From: an uncultured Thermoplasmata archaeon
GTDB taxonomy: Archaea; Thermoplasmatota; Thermoplasmata; RBG-16-68-12
Direction of reading: 5' to 3'
DNA length: 64,000 nucleotides
Assembly: GCA_963768855.1 (NCBI GenBank)
Contig: CAVYJM010000006.1
Location: 832,001 to 896,000, forward strand
The notes below the pieces were generated by a model. That model made no database searches and was not told the origin of the DNA. It was given only the letters and a program-made list of their open reading frames with translations. The position numbers and the translations under genes are program-made. Below, piece by piece: positions 1-10,088 of this stretch. How positions within the stretch are numbered: the stretch's first letter is position 1; each line of letters begins with the position of its first letter.

Positions 1-2
1 TC

Positions 3-380
3 CAGTGGGGCGCCGGCGGCGAGACGAGCGTCGAGGAACTCGAGGAGGCCGGGGTCCGCGATCCGGCACGCGCCATCCACGCCGCGAAGCGATTCCTCGA
101 GGCGGGGGCCTACCTCATCATGATCGAGTCCGAAGGGATCACCGAGAACGTGAAGGCATGGCGAACCGACGTCGTGTCCCAGATCACGGATGCCCTCGGC
201 ACGGAGAAGGTCATGTTCGAGGCCGCGGACCCCCAGGTCTTCACGTGGTATGTCCAGAACTACGGGGCGGACGTGAACCTCTTCGTGGACCACAGCCAGA
301 TCGTCCAGCTCGAGATCGTGCGGCGCGGAATCTGGGGCATGGCGGCAAACTGGGGCCGTATCGTCACGTACAAGCCATGA
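3..380 (+). CDS. comA: Phosphosulfolactate synthase (ComA) family, 5'-truncated at window edge
   Basis: Frame open from base 3: QWGAGGETS...GAYLIMIESEGITENV...VMFEAADP...NLFVDHSQIVQLE..R.GIWG, matching the ComA C-terminal half as I recall it. Confidence 0.8.
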   Translation, partial: QWGAGGETSVEELEEAGVRDPARAIHAAKRFLEAGAYLIMIESEGITENVKAWRTDVVSQITDALGTEKVMFEAADPQVFTWYVQNYGADVNLFVDHSQIVQLEIVRRGIWGMAANWGRIVTYKP

Positions 381-397
381 GCCCAGGAGACGAGAGC

Positions 398-1636
398 ATG
401 GACCGCGCGAAGTACGTCATCGTGGGCGGGGGCCTTGCGGGCTTCAACGCGATCCCCGCAATCCGCGAGCGGGACCCGGAGGGCCGCATCGTCCTCGTCA
501 CCGATGAGAAGGAGCGGCCCTACGACCGCGTGCCCCTTTCCAAGAAGTACCTGCAGGGCACTCTCTCCCGCGAAGGCGTGTTCCTCCGTCCGAAGGAGTT
601 CTTCGACGAGAACCAGGTCGAACTGACAACGAGCCGAAGAGCCACGGCACTCGACGTGCAGGCGAAGACGATTTCACTGGACGACGGCCGGGGACTGCGC
701 TACGAGAAGCTGCTGCTGGCCACGGGCGGTCAACCGCGTCACCTGCCCCTTCCTGGCTCGGAGCTGCCCGGGATTCGCTACCTCCGGACCCTCGAGGACA
801 GCGACGTCCTCAAGGAGGATATGGCGGGAGCCAAGCGGCTCGTCGTGGTCGGTGGCGGATTCATCGGATGCGAGGTCGCAGCTGCGGGCGTCGTGAAAGG
901 CCTCGACGCCACGATTATTGAGGTGGGTCCCTACCTGCTGAACATGGCCTTCGATGAGCCCACCGGCCGCTGGGTGACGGACTACCTCACCGCCAAGGGG
1001 ATGAAGGTCCGATGTGGGGAACGGGCTTCCCGGTTCCTGTCGCGGGACGGCCGCCTGACGGGTGTCGAGACCTCGGGCGGAGCGGCGATTCCCGCGGACC
1101 TCGTCGTCGTCGGCGTGGGCCTCCTGCCGAACACGGATCTCGCAAAGGCTGCCGGACTCCAGGTGGACAACGGGATCGTGGTCAACGAGCGGCTGGAGAC
1201 CAGCGCCCCGGACGTGTATGCCGCGGGTGACGTGGCCCGGTTCTACTCGACCGTCTTCGAGCGGCGGCTGCGAGTCGAGCACTACGACGTCGCGGTGCGG
1301 CACGGGAAAGTCGCGGGCGCGAACATGGCTGGCGCGGGCGTGGCCTTCACGGAGCTTCCCTACTTCTTCTCGGACATGTTCGAGCTCCGGATTCACGTGC
1401 ATGGCACGCTGAGCGACCACGACCGAGTCGTCCTGCGCGGGGAGCGGAAGCTGACGGACCAGGGGGGATTCATCCAGTTCTATCTCAAAGGCCATCGCAT
1501 CATGGCGTACCTCGGCGTCAACCGGAAGCTCAAGGAGGAGCGTGCGGCCCAGAAACTCATCGCGTCGCGCCGCCCTTTCGAAGATACACGTCCTCTGGAG
1601 GATCCGAGCGTCGATCTCGCCGCGCTGGCCGGTTAG
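398..1636 (+). CDS. FAD-dependent pyridine nucleotide-disulfide oxidoreductase (ferredoxin/rubredoxin reductase-like)
   Basis: GGGLAG and GGGFIG Rossmann motifs, PYDRVPLSK, TSAPDVYAAGD, PYFFSD; GGAGA SD before ATG 398 (alternative ATG 377 overlaps the comA stop). Confidence 0.85.
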   Translation: MDRAKYVIVGGGLAGFNAIPAIRERDPEGRIVLVTDEKERPYDRVPLSKKYLQGTLSREGVFLRPKEFFDENQVELTTSRRATALDVQAKTISLDDGRGLRYEKLLLATGGQPRHLPLPGSELPGIRYLRTLEDSDVLKEDMAGAKRLVVVGGGFIGCEVAAAGVVKGLDATIIEVGPYLLNMAFDEPTGRWVTDYLTAKGMKVRCGERASRFLSRDGRLTGVETSGGAAIPADLVVVGVGLLPNTDLAKAAGLQVDNGIVVNERLETSAPDVYAAGDVARFYSTVFERRLRVEHYDVAVRHGKVAGANMAGAGVAFTELPYFFSDMFELRIHVHGTLSDHDRVVLRGERKLTDQGGFIQFYLKGHRIMAYLGVNRKLKEERAAQKLIASRRPFEDTRPLEDPSVDLAALAG

Positions 1637-1694
1637 GTCTCGCGCCGGCCTCATAACGCTTATACGGAAGCCTCCCTTACGCGAAGCCGCCTCC

Positions 1695-1769
1695 GGGTCC
1701 GTGGGGTAGCTTGGTCTATCCTTGGTGGTTCGGGACCACTAGACTCCGGTTCAAATCCGGACGGACCCA
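1695..1769 (+). tRNA. tRNA-Pro (anticodon CGG)
   Basis: Acceptor GGGTCCG/CGGACCC-A, anticodon arm GGTGG-TTCGGGA-CCACT, T-arm CCGG-TTCAAAT-CCGG; TTATA at 1660; CCA not encoded. Confidence 0.95.
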
Positions 1770-1847
1770 TCCCTATCTGCCCGCCCGAGCACGCTGATAT
1801 CGATTTGATGGAATTGGCAAACCGCAATAAAGAAGCGGGCCGTTGTT

Positions 1848-1861
1848 TTGAATCGATTCAA
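1848..1861. promoter_or_regulatory. Perfect 14-bp palindrome TTGAATCGATTCAA abutting the start codon (candidate operator)
   Basis: AT-rich self-complementary sequence overlapping ATG 1861 in a GC-rich background. Confidence 0.5.
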
Positions 1862-2505
1862 TGAAGATTGGCATCCTCGGCAGTGGCGACGTGGGACAGA
1901 CCCTGGGCCTCGGCTTCGCGAAGCGGGGTCACCAGGTGACGATCGGCTCGCGGACGCCGGGCTCGGGGAAACTGAAGACTTGGACCCGCAAAGCCGGACC
2001 GTCGGCGAACGCGGCGAGCTTCGCAGAGGCCGCGATGGGAGAGGTCCTCGTGCTCGCTTGCCTCGGCAGCGCCGTGGATGACGTGATCAAGGCGGTCGGT
2101 CCGAAGAGCTTCGCGGGGAAGATCCTGATCGACGCGACGAACCCACTGGACTTCTCGAAGGGCATGCCTCCCGGGTTGTCCTTCGGCCTGACGGACTCCC
2201 TGGGGGAGCGGGTGCAGGAGCGCCTGCCTAAGGCGAAGGTCGTGAAGTGCTTCAACACGGTTCCGAGCCTCCTCATGGTGGACCCGAAGCTTCGGAGTGG
2301 GCAAGCCGAGATGCTCATCTGCGGAAACGATGCAGATGCGAAGGCGCGGGTGACCAAGATCCTGAAGGAGCTCGGATGGACGGGTGCCATCGACGTGGGC
2401 AAGATCGATGGATCGCGATGGATGGAAGCCCTCGTCCCGCTGTGGGTCCGCGTCAGCAACAGCCTCGGCACCTGGAACCAATGCTTTCAGATCGCCCGCG
2501 CATGA
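1861..2505 (+). CDS. NADPH-dependent F420 reductase family (F420_oxidored) protein
   Basis: MKIGILGSGDVG, IGSRTP, DATNPL, VVKCFNT, ICGND motifs. Confidence 0.8.
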   Translation: MKIGILGSGDVGQTLGLGFAKRGHQVTIGSRTPGSGKLKTWTRKAGPSANAASFAEAAMGEVLVLACLGSAVDDVIKAVGPKSFAGKILIDATNPLDFSKGMPPGLSFGLTDSLGERVQERLPKAKVVKCFNTVPSLLMVDPKLRSGQAEMLICGNDADAKARVTKILKELGWTGAIDVGKIDGSRWMEALVPLWVRVSNSLGTWNQCFQIARA

Positions 2506-2651
2506 GAGGGGCGCCTCTCGCTTAGGTCATCGGACCCCGGGGAGACGGCGAGCCTGGCTTCGGCTGACCGAAGGGGGAAGACTCAAAAGGAAGGAAGACC
2601 GACCACCGCCTTGGGCGGCCAGTCAATGCTCACGGGACGGGGTCGGAACGA

Positions 2652-3089
2652 TCAGTCCGTTTCCGTCTCGTTGTCGTGGTCAATCTCGGGGGTCTGACCC
2701 GACTTCTCCTGGGCCCAGGCGGGCATGTCGCCCGTCCGGAGCGTGATCCACGAGCCTCCGTTGATGGAGACGGACCAGGCTTCCAGGTCGGTCGTGCTGT
2801 TGTCGTCGAAGACGCCCTTGACGCTCGCGGTGTCGTTCACCTTGATCGCCGGGTAGTTGTGCTCGGCCCAGTACCAAGGCGGCGCCAGGTCGACATGGAT
2901 CGTCGACGTCCCGTTCGTCAGGTTGAACCCGACGCTCGCGTTGAAGTGCGGGTTCCAGTCGACGGAACTGACCGTCCCTGAGACCGTCACGAGGCTCGGG
3001 GATGCGTCCATCGTGTGGAGGGCGAACCCCGCGGCGCCCGCGCTCCCGACGAGCGCCAGCGCGACGAGGACCAATGCGGCGTGTGCCAT
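2652..3089 (-). CDS. Secreted/anchored small beta-rich (OB-fold-like) hypothetical protein
   Basis: Signal-like N-terminus MAHAALVLVALALVGSAGA, several NxS/T sequons, VDLAPPWYW motif, acidic tail. Confidence 0.7.
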   Translation of the reverse strand: MAHAALVLVALALVGSAGAAGFALHTMDASPSLVTVSGTVSSVDWNPHFNASVGFNLTNGTSTIHVDLAPPWYWAEHNYPAIKVNDTASVKGVFDDNSTTDLEAWSVSINGGSWITLRTGDMPAWAQEKSGQTPEIDHDNETETD

Positions 3090-3292
3090 GTTTCGTTCTG
3101 CCTCCTTACGCCGGCCGAGCACGGCCGGGGAGTTAAGGGTTCTTTGACGCTCCTCGAACGGAGAATGACGCCGCGGAACGAGCGAGCGCCTCACGCTCCC
3201 CTTTGGTTCGCTGGCAGAATCGTTATTAGCTCATCCTGCCATGGCCGGGCAGTTCCCCCCAAACGGAACTCGTCTTAGGAGGAGAGGAGAGC

Positions 3293-4954
3293 ATGGCGAC
3301 CCCTGCGTCCGATGTGTCTCCCGAGCCTGCCCGTGCGCCGACACCGCCGCCGGCGCCCCGGCGTCGCCCGTGGAAGTTGATTGCGGTCATCGTGGTGGTG
3401 ATCGTAGCCCTATCCGCCATCGCGGTCTATGTGGTCCTGTACAGCCCCAAGCCCGCAAGTGTGGTGGTCTACGACACGAACTCGGAGATGGTCACGTTGG
3501 ACCCGAGTTCGGAGTTCTCGAACTCGATCCTGATCCTGCCGAACGTGTATGAGACGCTGACCCACTGGAATCCGGCAACGAATTCCGCGGATCCGCTTCT
3601 CGCTTTGAGCTGGAACCATGCCTCAGACGGCATGACGTGGAATTTCACGCTCCGTCAGGGCGTCACCTTCCACGATGGCACCCCGTTCAACGCGACCGCG
3701 GTGAAGTACTCCCTCCTGCGCACGATTGGCTTCGCGCAGGGGGCGGCCTACATCTGGAGCGCACTCGGCGACTTGACGCAGGCTGAACAGAACATCGAAC
3801 TGACGGGGACCTACGCAGTCGAGTTCCACCTGCTCTACCCCGCGGCGATGGACAAGATCGCCTCCTCCGGATACGGAGCGTACATCTTCTCACCGAACAC
3901 GCCGGGCGCGAACTACACGCTCCAGCAAGCCTGGTTCAATGCGGGGCATGACTCGGGATCGGGCCCGTACTCGATCAACACGGCCCAGTACACGAGCACG
4001 TACTCGGTCCTGGACAAGTACGCCAACTACTGGGGCGGCTGGCAGGCCGGTCAGTTTGACCACGCCATCATCAAGCGCGTCGCCGATGCCATCCAACGCG
4101 AAAAGGATGTGACGAGCGGGGCGGCTGACATTACCGAGGACGTGCCCCTGAGCGATCTTCCGACCCTCCAGAACAACTCGGCCGTGAGCGTCCTGGAGAC
4201 CCCGAGCTATCGCGCCCTCTACGCCTTCTTCAACATGCAGAAGGATCCGACAAGCAACCTGTCCTTCCGCTTGGCACTTGCGTACTCGCTTCCGTACGAT
4301 TACGTGGCCGGGACCGTCACCGAAGGCCTGGGAACACAGTCGGTCGGAGTGATCCCCGCCACGATGTGGGGGCATGACAGCACCCTGCCCCACTACAGCT
4401 TCAACATGGCCCAGGCCGCGCAGTACCTCGCCCAGTCCCCCCACCCGACGGGCCACGTCACGCTGACGTACACCTATGTGACCGGAGACCCGTACGAGCA
4501 GAAGATGGCCGAGGCCTGGAAGACGCAGCTCGCGACTCTGAACATCACGCTGAACCTTCAGCCCATGGAATGGACGGCGCAGTGGGCGCTGGCGCAGGGG
4601 CCCCCATCCGCGGCGCAGGACATCTTCGTGATGTACTGGTGGCCCACGTACGTGACCCCGTACGACTTCCTGTTCAACATGTTCAGCTACGCCAGCTACC
4701 AGGTCTACAACCTCGGCTACTACAACAACTCCGCGTTCGACGACTCGATCAACACAGCCTTCACGGAGGAAGCCACGAGTCCGTCGACGGCGCTGCAAGA
4801 CTACCGGACGGCTCAGCTGATGCTGTACACCGACCTGCCGGGGATGGGAGTCGTGGACCTGAAGAACCTCTACCTTGAACGGGCGAACCTGAAGGGCTTC
4901 ACGGACAATCCGGCGTATCCGCTGGTGGTCTTCTTCTACCAGCTGTCGCGCTAG
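3293..4954 (+). CDS. Peptide/nickel ABC transporter substrate-binding protein (family 5), N-terminal membrane anchor
   Basis: TLDP, VYETL, WNFTLRQGVTFHDGTPFNATAVKYS, GSGPY; GGAGA SD. Confidence 0.92.
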   Translation: MATPASDVSPEPARAPTPPPAPRRRPWKLIAVIVVVIVALSAIAVYVVLYSPKPASVVVYDTNSEMVTLDPSSEFSNSILILPNVYETLTHWNPATNSADPLLALSWNHASDGMTWNFTLRQGVTFHDGTPFNATAVKYSLLRTIGFAQGAAYIWSALGDLTQAEQNIELTGTYAVEFHLLYPAAMDKIASSGYGAYIFSPNTPGANYTLQQAWFNAGHDSGSGPYSINTAQYTSTYSVLDKYANYWGGWQAGQFDHAIIKRVADAIQREKDVTSGAADITEDVPLSDLPTLQNNSAVSVLETPSYRALYAFFNMQKDPTSNLSFRLALAYSLPYDYVAGTVTEGLGTQSVGVIPATMWGHDSTLPHYSFNMAQAAQYLAQSPHPTGHVTLTYTYVTGDPYEQKMAEAWKTQLATLNITLNLQPMEWTAQWALAQGPPSAAQDIFVMYWWPTYVTPYDFLFNMFSYASYQVYNLGYYNNSAFDDSINTAFTEEATSPSTALQDYRTAQLMLYTDLPGMGVVDLKNLYLERANLKGFTDNPAYPLVVFFYQLSR

Positions 4955-4989
4955 CGGCGCGGGCCTTCGGGCCCGCCAGGAGGAGGACG

Positions 4990-6063
4990 GTGGTCGAGGG
5001 GGCCCGGACGTCCGGCACCGCAGGGGGAGCGTTCCTCCGGTTCCTGATACGCCGAGCGATCCTCGCCCTCGTGGTGGTCCTCGGGGTCATCGTGATCACC
5101 TTCTTCCTGTCCCGAGTCGTGCCCGCGAACGTCGCAGGTCTTTGGGCCGGAGGCACGCATGCGACGGCCGCGGAGTTGGCCCAAGCCCGCACTGAACTCC
5201 ACCTCGATGACTCCCTTCCGGTCCAGTTCTGGTATTACCTCTCCGGGCTCGTACAAGGCAATCTGGGCACGGACCTGGTCACGAAGCACCCGGTCAGCCA
5301 AGATATCGCCGCCTACCTACCCGCAACGCTGGAGCTCATTTCATCCGCTATCCTCTTAGCCCTCCTCATTGGAATCCCTCTCGGGGTGTTTGCAGGGGTC
5401 AAGCGAGGCCGGTGGCCCGACCACCTGACCCGGTTCCTTGCCGTTGGGGGGGTGGCTCTTCCATCCTTCTGGTTCGCTATCGTGTTACAAGTGATCTTCG
5501 TTGAAGGACTCCACGTCCTTCCGTCGAGCGGTCGGTTCACCGACTCGCTGGCCATTACCTCGCCGATCCGGACCATTACCGGCTTCATGACGATCGATTC
5601 GTTGCTGCAGGCGAACCTGCCGCGCTTTGTCGATGCGATCGGGCACTTGATTCTGCCCTCGCTCACCCTCGCGCTGTATCCCATCGGGCTGGTTGCCCGG
5701 ATGGTCCGCACGATGATGGTCGAGGTGCTCGGCGAGAACTACATCCGGACGGCGAAGGCTTACGGCTTGCCGGCCCGCCTCATCCACTACCGCTACGCGT
5801 TGAAGAACGCGATTTCACCCGCCATCGTGGCCGTGGGCTTGTCGTTCGCCTACGAGCTGACGGGAGCCTTCCTCGTGGAGAACATTTTCTCGTGGAACGG
5901 GATTGGCCAGTATGCGTTCCTTGCCGTGGAGAACTTCGACTATCCCGCGGTCGTGGGTACTGCGATCGTGGTCGCAATCTTCTACGTCATCGTGAACTTG
6001 GTCGTCGACATGATCCAATCGTTCCTGGATCCACGAGTGGTCCTGACGAAGTCGGAGGGCTGA
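4990..6063 (+). CDS. Peptide ABC transporter permease (DppB/OppB-like)
   Basis: HLILP.LTL, R.MM.EVL...YIRTAKAYGL EAA-like loop, multiple TM segments. Confidence 0.92.
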   Translation: MVEGARTSGTAGGAFLRFLIRRAILALVVVLGVIVITFFLSRVVPANVAGLWAGGTHATAAELAQARTELHLDDSLPVQFWYYLSGLVQGNLGTDLVTKHPVSQDIAAYLPATLELISSAILLALLIGIPLGVFAGVKRGRWPDHLTRFLAVGGVALPSFWFAIVLQVIFVEGLHVLPSSGRFTDSLAITSPIRTITGFMTIDSLLQANLPRFVDAIGHLILPSLTLALYPIGLVARMVRTMMVEVLGENYIRTAKAYGLPARLIHYRYALKNAISPAIVAVGLSFAYELTGAFLVENIFSWNGIGQYAFLAVENFDYPAVVGTAIVVAIFYVIVNLVVDMIQSFLDPRVVLTKSEG

Positions 6064-6066
6064 GCG

Positions 6067-7023
6067 ATGGCCGCGGAGTCGCCGCTTCATTCAGGTGCCG
6101 ACGCGTTCTCTCCGGCACTCCGTCGAACTGTCGACGCAGCCCTCGCGGGAATCCGCTCCCTGTGGCGGATTGTGAGGAGGGATCCGCTAGCGCTCGTCGG
6201 ACTGGCAATCCTGACGGTTTTCGTGGTGGCCTCACTTCTGGCCGGGTTCCTTCCCTCTCTGATACCTTACTCGGCGCAAGGGCAGGGCGCTGTGAACCTG
6301 AACTCCGCGGACAAGTTGCTTGCCCCAAGTGGGACGCACTGGCTCGGCACAGATGAAGCCGGCAGAGACCTCTTCGCACGACTCTGGTTCGGCGCGGGTC
6401 TCGCCCTTTGGGTGGGGCTCGCCACGGTCCTGATCTCCTTCCCCGTGGGAGTGCTCCTCGGCGTGGTCGCGGGCTATATGCGGGGCGCCGTCGAGGAGGT
6501 GATCATGCGGGTCACCGACATGTTCCTCGCGTTCCCGACGATTCTGCTCGCCATCGTCATCGCCGCGACCCTGAACCGCGGAACGACCGCGGAGATCATC
6601 GCGATGGCCGTCAGCTTCTGGCCCTGGTACACCCGCCTCGTGCATTCGCAGGTCCAACACGTGCGGTCCCAGCCATTCGTCGAATCCGCAGTGGTCCTCG
6701 GGCTCCCGCGCCGCCGGATCATCCTTCGCCATCTCCTCCCGAACTCACTGACGTCGGCCTCGATCCAGGCGACGATGGACATCGGGTCCGCCATCCTGAT
6801 TGCCGCCGCTCTGAGCTGGATTGGACTCGGTCCACAGCCCGGCGCGCCTGACTGGGGCGTCATGCTCCAGTCCGCTTACTCGGAGGGAAGCTTCATCACC
6901 TTCTGGTGGTACTCGACCTTTGTCGGGCTCGCCCTCTTTCTCGTTGTACTCGCGTTCAACCTTTTGGGCGACAGCTTCCGCGACGCGCTCGATCCCAAGC
7001 TCCGCAGGAGGCGCATGTTCTGA
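6067..7023 (+). CDS. Peptide ABC transporter permease (DppC/OppC-like)
   Basis: HWLGTDEAGRDLFAR, FVESAVVLG, HLLPN, FNLLGDSFRDALDP. Confidence 0.92.
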   Translation: MAAESPLHSGADAFSPALRRTVDAALAGIRSLWRIVRRDPLALVGLAILTVFVVASLLAGFLPSLIPYSAQGQGAVNLNSADKLLAPSGTHWLGTDEAGRDLFARLWFGAGLALWVGLATVLISFPVGVLLGVVAGYMRGAVEEVIMRVTDMFLAFPTILLAIVIAATLNRGTTAEIIAMAVSFWPWYTRLVHSQVQHVRSQPFVESAVVLGLPRRRIILRHLLPNSLTSASIQATMDIGSAILIAAALSWIGLGPQPGAPDWGVMLQSAYSEGSFITFWWYSTFVGLALFLVVLAFNLLGDSFRDALDPKLRRRRMF

Positions 7024-7994
7024 ACGCCCTGCTTGACGTGAAGGATCTCAGCTTGGATTTCGAGACGGAGATGGGAACCGCCAAGGTACTCGATCGCGTG
7101 ACCTTCTCCATCGGGGAAGGAGAGGTCTTCGGGCTCGTCGGCGAGACGGGCTGTGGCAAGACGGTCACCGCGCTCACGGTTCTACGACTTCTCCCGTCCA
7201 ATGCCCGGATCCGGACCGGCACGGTGAAGTTCCTGGGAGAGGAGTTGCTCTCCAAGACCGACGCCGAGATGGAGCAACTCCGCGGCTCGAAGATCTCCAT
7301 GGTGTTCCAGGATCCCGCGACGAGTCTCAACCCGGTGTTCAGCGTGGGCGAGCAGGTCACCCGGGTCGTAAGGATTCACGAGGACGTCGAGAAGGACGTC
7401 GCGGAGAAGCGGGCGCTCGGCCTGTTCAAGCGGGTGGGTCTTCCCGACCCTGAAAACGTCCTCCACAGTTACCCGCACGAACTCAGCGGCGGGATGCAGC
7501 AGCGCGTCATGATCTCGATGGCCCTTGCGTGCCGTCCGAAACTATTGATCGCAGATGAGCCGACCACCGCCGTGGACGTGACCATTCAAGCTCAGATCCT
7601 CGACTTGCTGCTCGAGCTTCAACGGGAGTTCCGGCTCTCGGTTCTCTTGATCACCCACAATCTGGGGATAGTCGCAGAGACCTGTCAACGGGTCGGCGTA
7701 ATGTACGCGGGGACGCTCGCGGAGGTCGCCGCGACGAAGGATCTGTTCCGTGAGCCTCTGCATCCATACACCCAGCGGCTCCTCAAGTCGCTCCCGCGGC
7801 CCGATGCCCGAGGCGAGCCCCTCGCCTCAATCCCGGGCACCGTGCCGAGCCTGATCAACCCTCCGTCCGGCTGCCGATACCACCCGCGTTGCGAGTTCGC
7901 GATGAAAAGCTGCTCCGTCCGGAGACCCGCGATCCTCGAGCACCGCCCGAACCATCGCGCTGCCTGTCTCCTGTATGAGGGGGTGAAGGAGTGA
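7020..7994 (+). CDS. Peptide ABC transporter ATP-binding protein (DppD-like); start probably CTG overlapping the upstream TGA
   Basis: GETGCGKT Walker A, LSGGMQQR signature, IADEPT, HPYT, C-terminal Cys-rich GCRYHPRC. Confidence 0.9.
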   Translation: MNALLDVKDLSLDFETEMGTAKVLDRVTFSIGEGEVFGLVGETGCGKTVTALTVLRLLPSNARIRTGTVKFLGEELLSKTDAEMEQLRGSKISMVFQDPATSLNPVFSVGEQVTRVVRIHEDVEKDVAEKRALGLFKRVGLPDPENVLHSYPHELSGGMQQRVMISMALACRPKLLIADEPTTAVDVTIQAQILDLLLELQREFRLSVLLITHNLGIVAETCQRVGVMYAGTLAEVAATKDLFREPLHPYTQRLLKSLPRPDARGEPLASIPGTVPSLINPPSGCRYHPRCEFAMKSCSVRRPAILEHRPNHRAACLLYEGVKE

Positions 7995-8980
7995 GTCTCG
8001 TGCGCGTCGAAGGCCTTCAGAAGCTCTTCCCTGTGCGGATTGGTTTTGCGGGTCAGGCGCGGGTCCACGCCGTCGACGGGGTCGACCTCGAAATCGAGGA
8101 AGGCGAGACCTTCGGGCTCGTGGGCGAGAGCGGCTCCGGCAAGAGCACCCTGGGGCGCTGCATCCTGCGGCTCGTCAATCCGACCGCCGGACGCATCTGG
8201 TTCGAGGAGCTGGACCTGACCGCGCTGCGCGGAGAATCCCTGAGGAAGACACGCCTCCGGTTGCAGATTGTCTTCCAGAACCCGATGGCCTCCCTCGACC
8301 CGAGGATGCGGGTCGGACAGACGATCGCCGAACCGCTGCGCGTGCATCGTGGGGCGAGTCCCTCTGAGGCGCGGGTGAAGGTCGAGGAGCTCCTTCGTCG
8401 TGTGGGCCTACACTCCGAAGTCGCGGGTAAGTACCCGCACGAGCTGAGCGGGGGCCAGTGCCAGCGCATCGCGGTGGCGCGGGCTCTCGCGCTCGAACCG
8501 AAGTTCATCGTCCTCGACGAACCGACCTCCTCCCTCGATGTCTCCGTGCAAGCCCAGATCGTGAACCTCCTCAAGGAGTTGCAGCGGGACCTCGGGCTGA
8601 CCTACCTCTTCATCACGCATGATCTTGCCCTCGTGGGCTACCTCGCAGACCGCGTGGGTGTGATGTATCTTGGGAAGCTCGTCGAAGTCGGAGGAGCGGT
8701 CGACGTCCTGCAGCACGGGCAGCATCCGTACACCCTCGCCCTGCGGAACGCGGTCCCCCTGCCGGATCCTGAGCGGGAACGGAAGCACATCCCTCTGAAG
8801 GGCGAGATTCCGTCTGCGCTCGAGCCGCCCTCCGGTTGCCGTTTCCGCACCCGGTGTCCGTGGGCCCAGAAACGGTGCGCGGACGAGGAGCCGCCCCTCC
8901 GCGAGGTCGGCCCGACCCGCGTGGCGTGTCACTTCGTTGAAGAGATTCAGACGCAATTGGGGAAGGGGAGTGCGACATGA
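7991..8980 (+). CDS. Peptide ABC transporter ATP-binding protein (DppF-like)
   Basis: GESGSGKS, LSGGQCQR, VLDEPT, HPYT, GCRFRTRC. Confidence 0.92.
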   Translation: MSLVRVEGLQKLFPVRIGFAGQARVHAVDGVDLEIEEGETFGLVGESGSGKSTLGRCILRLVNPTAGRIWFEELDLTALRGESLRKTRLRLQIVFQNPMASLDPRMRVGQTIAEPLRVHRGASPSEARVKVEELLRRVGLHSEVAGKYPHELSGGQCQRIAVARALALEPKFIVLDEPTSSLDVSVQAQIVNLLKELQRDLGLTYLFITHDLALVGYLADRVGVMYLGKLVEVGGAVDVLQHGQHPYTLALRNAVPLPDPERERKHIPLKGEIPSALEPPSGCRFRTRCPWAQKRCADEEPPLREVGPTRVACHFVEEIQTQLGKGSAT

Positions 8981-10086
8981 GGACTTTGGACTTGGAGAAC
9001 TTGCAGGACATCTTGGTGGGCGCGGCGTTCCTCGGAACGGGCGGCGGAGGATCGCTGGATAGGGGCATCCAGACCGTGTCGGCGGACCTGAAGGCGGGTC
9101 GCTCGATCCGTCTTGCCGACCCCGACGAACTGGCATCCGAGACCTGGGCGTGCACGCCCTACTACTGCGGGAGCCTCGCTCCGACCGGAAAGACCGCGTT
9201 CAAGACGAAGGACACTCCCTACGACGGGACAGAGTGCCTCCTCGCCGCGAAGGCCCTCGAGCGCCACCTGGGCGTCAGCTTCGGCACGACCGTGGCCACC
9301 GAGCTGGGCGGCGGCAACACCGCGGCCGCGCTCTCCGTCGCCGCGCAACTGGGCCTCCCGGCGCTCGACGCGGACGGAGCGGGACGATCCGTCCCGGACC
9401 TCCAGCACTCCACGTACTTCGTTGCCGGCATTCCGATCGCGCCGATGGGCGTGGCGAACAAGTACGGGGACGAGGTCGTCGTCCAGCATGTCGCGGACGA
9501 CTTCCACGCGGAGGCCCTCGTCCGGGCCATGGCGGTCGCCAGCGGCGGACACGTCGGCGTGGCGGACCATCCGGGACGCGTCGGGGATCTGCGGAAGGGG
9601 CTCGTCCTGCGGTCCATCTCGTTCTCGGAGAAGGTGGGCCACGCGATCCGCCGCAAGGGAGGCGACGCGATCGACGCGATCCTCGCGGCCACGGACGGGT
9701 ACCTCCTGTTCCGGGGCGTCGCCCCCTCGAACTGCAAGTACGAGGATAAGGAGGGCTTCACCTTCGGGACCATCGACGTCCGCGGGACGGACGAGGACCG
9801 CGGCGCGCGATATCGCATCTGGTTCAAGAACGAGAACATCATGGCATGGCGGAACGGAAAGGTGGACGTGACGGCCCCCGACCTCGTGTGCCTCCTGGAC
9901 CTGGATCGGCGCGAGCCGATCCTGAACCCCTGGGTGAAGAAGGGCCAGAGGATCGCCGCCTTTGGGCTGCCCGCGCCCGCGATCTGGCGCACCCCGCGCG
10001 GGGTGGAGGGCTTCGGCCCCGGCTACTTCGGCTACAAGACGAAGTTCGTTCCAATCGAGAAGAAGCACAGGAAAGGACGGCGGTGA
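8977..10086 (+). CDS. DUF917 family protein
   Basis: GAAFLGTGGGG, ELGGGNT, DADGAGRSVP.LQ, FKNENIMAW, V.APDL.CL.D motifs. Confidence 0.85.
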   Translation: MRTLDLENLQDILVGAAFLGTGGGGSLDRGIQTVSADLKAGRSIRLADPDELASETWACTPYYCGSLAPTGKTAFKTKDTPYDGTECLLAAKALERHLGVSFGTTVATELGGGNTAAALSVAAQLGLPALDADGAGRSVPDLQHSTYFVAGIPIAPMGVANKYGDEVVVQHVADDFHAEALVRAMAVASGGHVGVADHPGRVGDLRKGLVLRSISFSEKVGHAIRRKGGDAIDAILAATDGYLLFRGVAPSNCKYEDKEGFTFGTIDVRGTDEDRGARYRIWFKNENIMAWRNGKVDVTAPDLVCLLDLDRREPILNPWVKKGQRIAAFGLPAPAIWRTPRGVEGFGPGYFGYKTKFVPIEKKHRKGRR

Positions 10087-10088
10087 AG

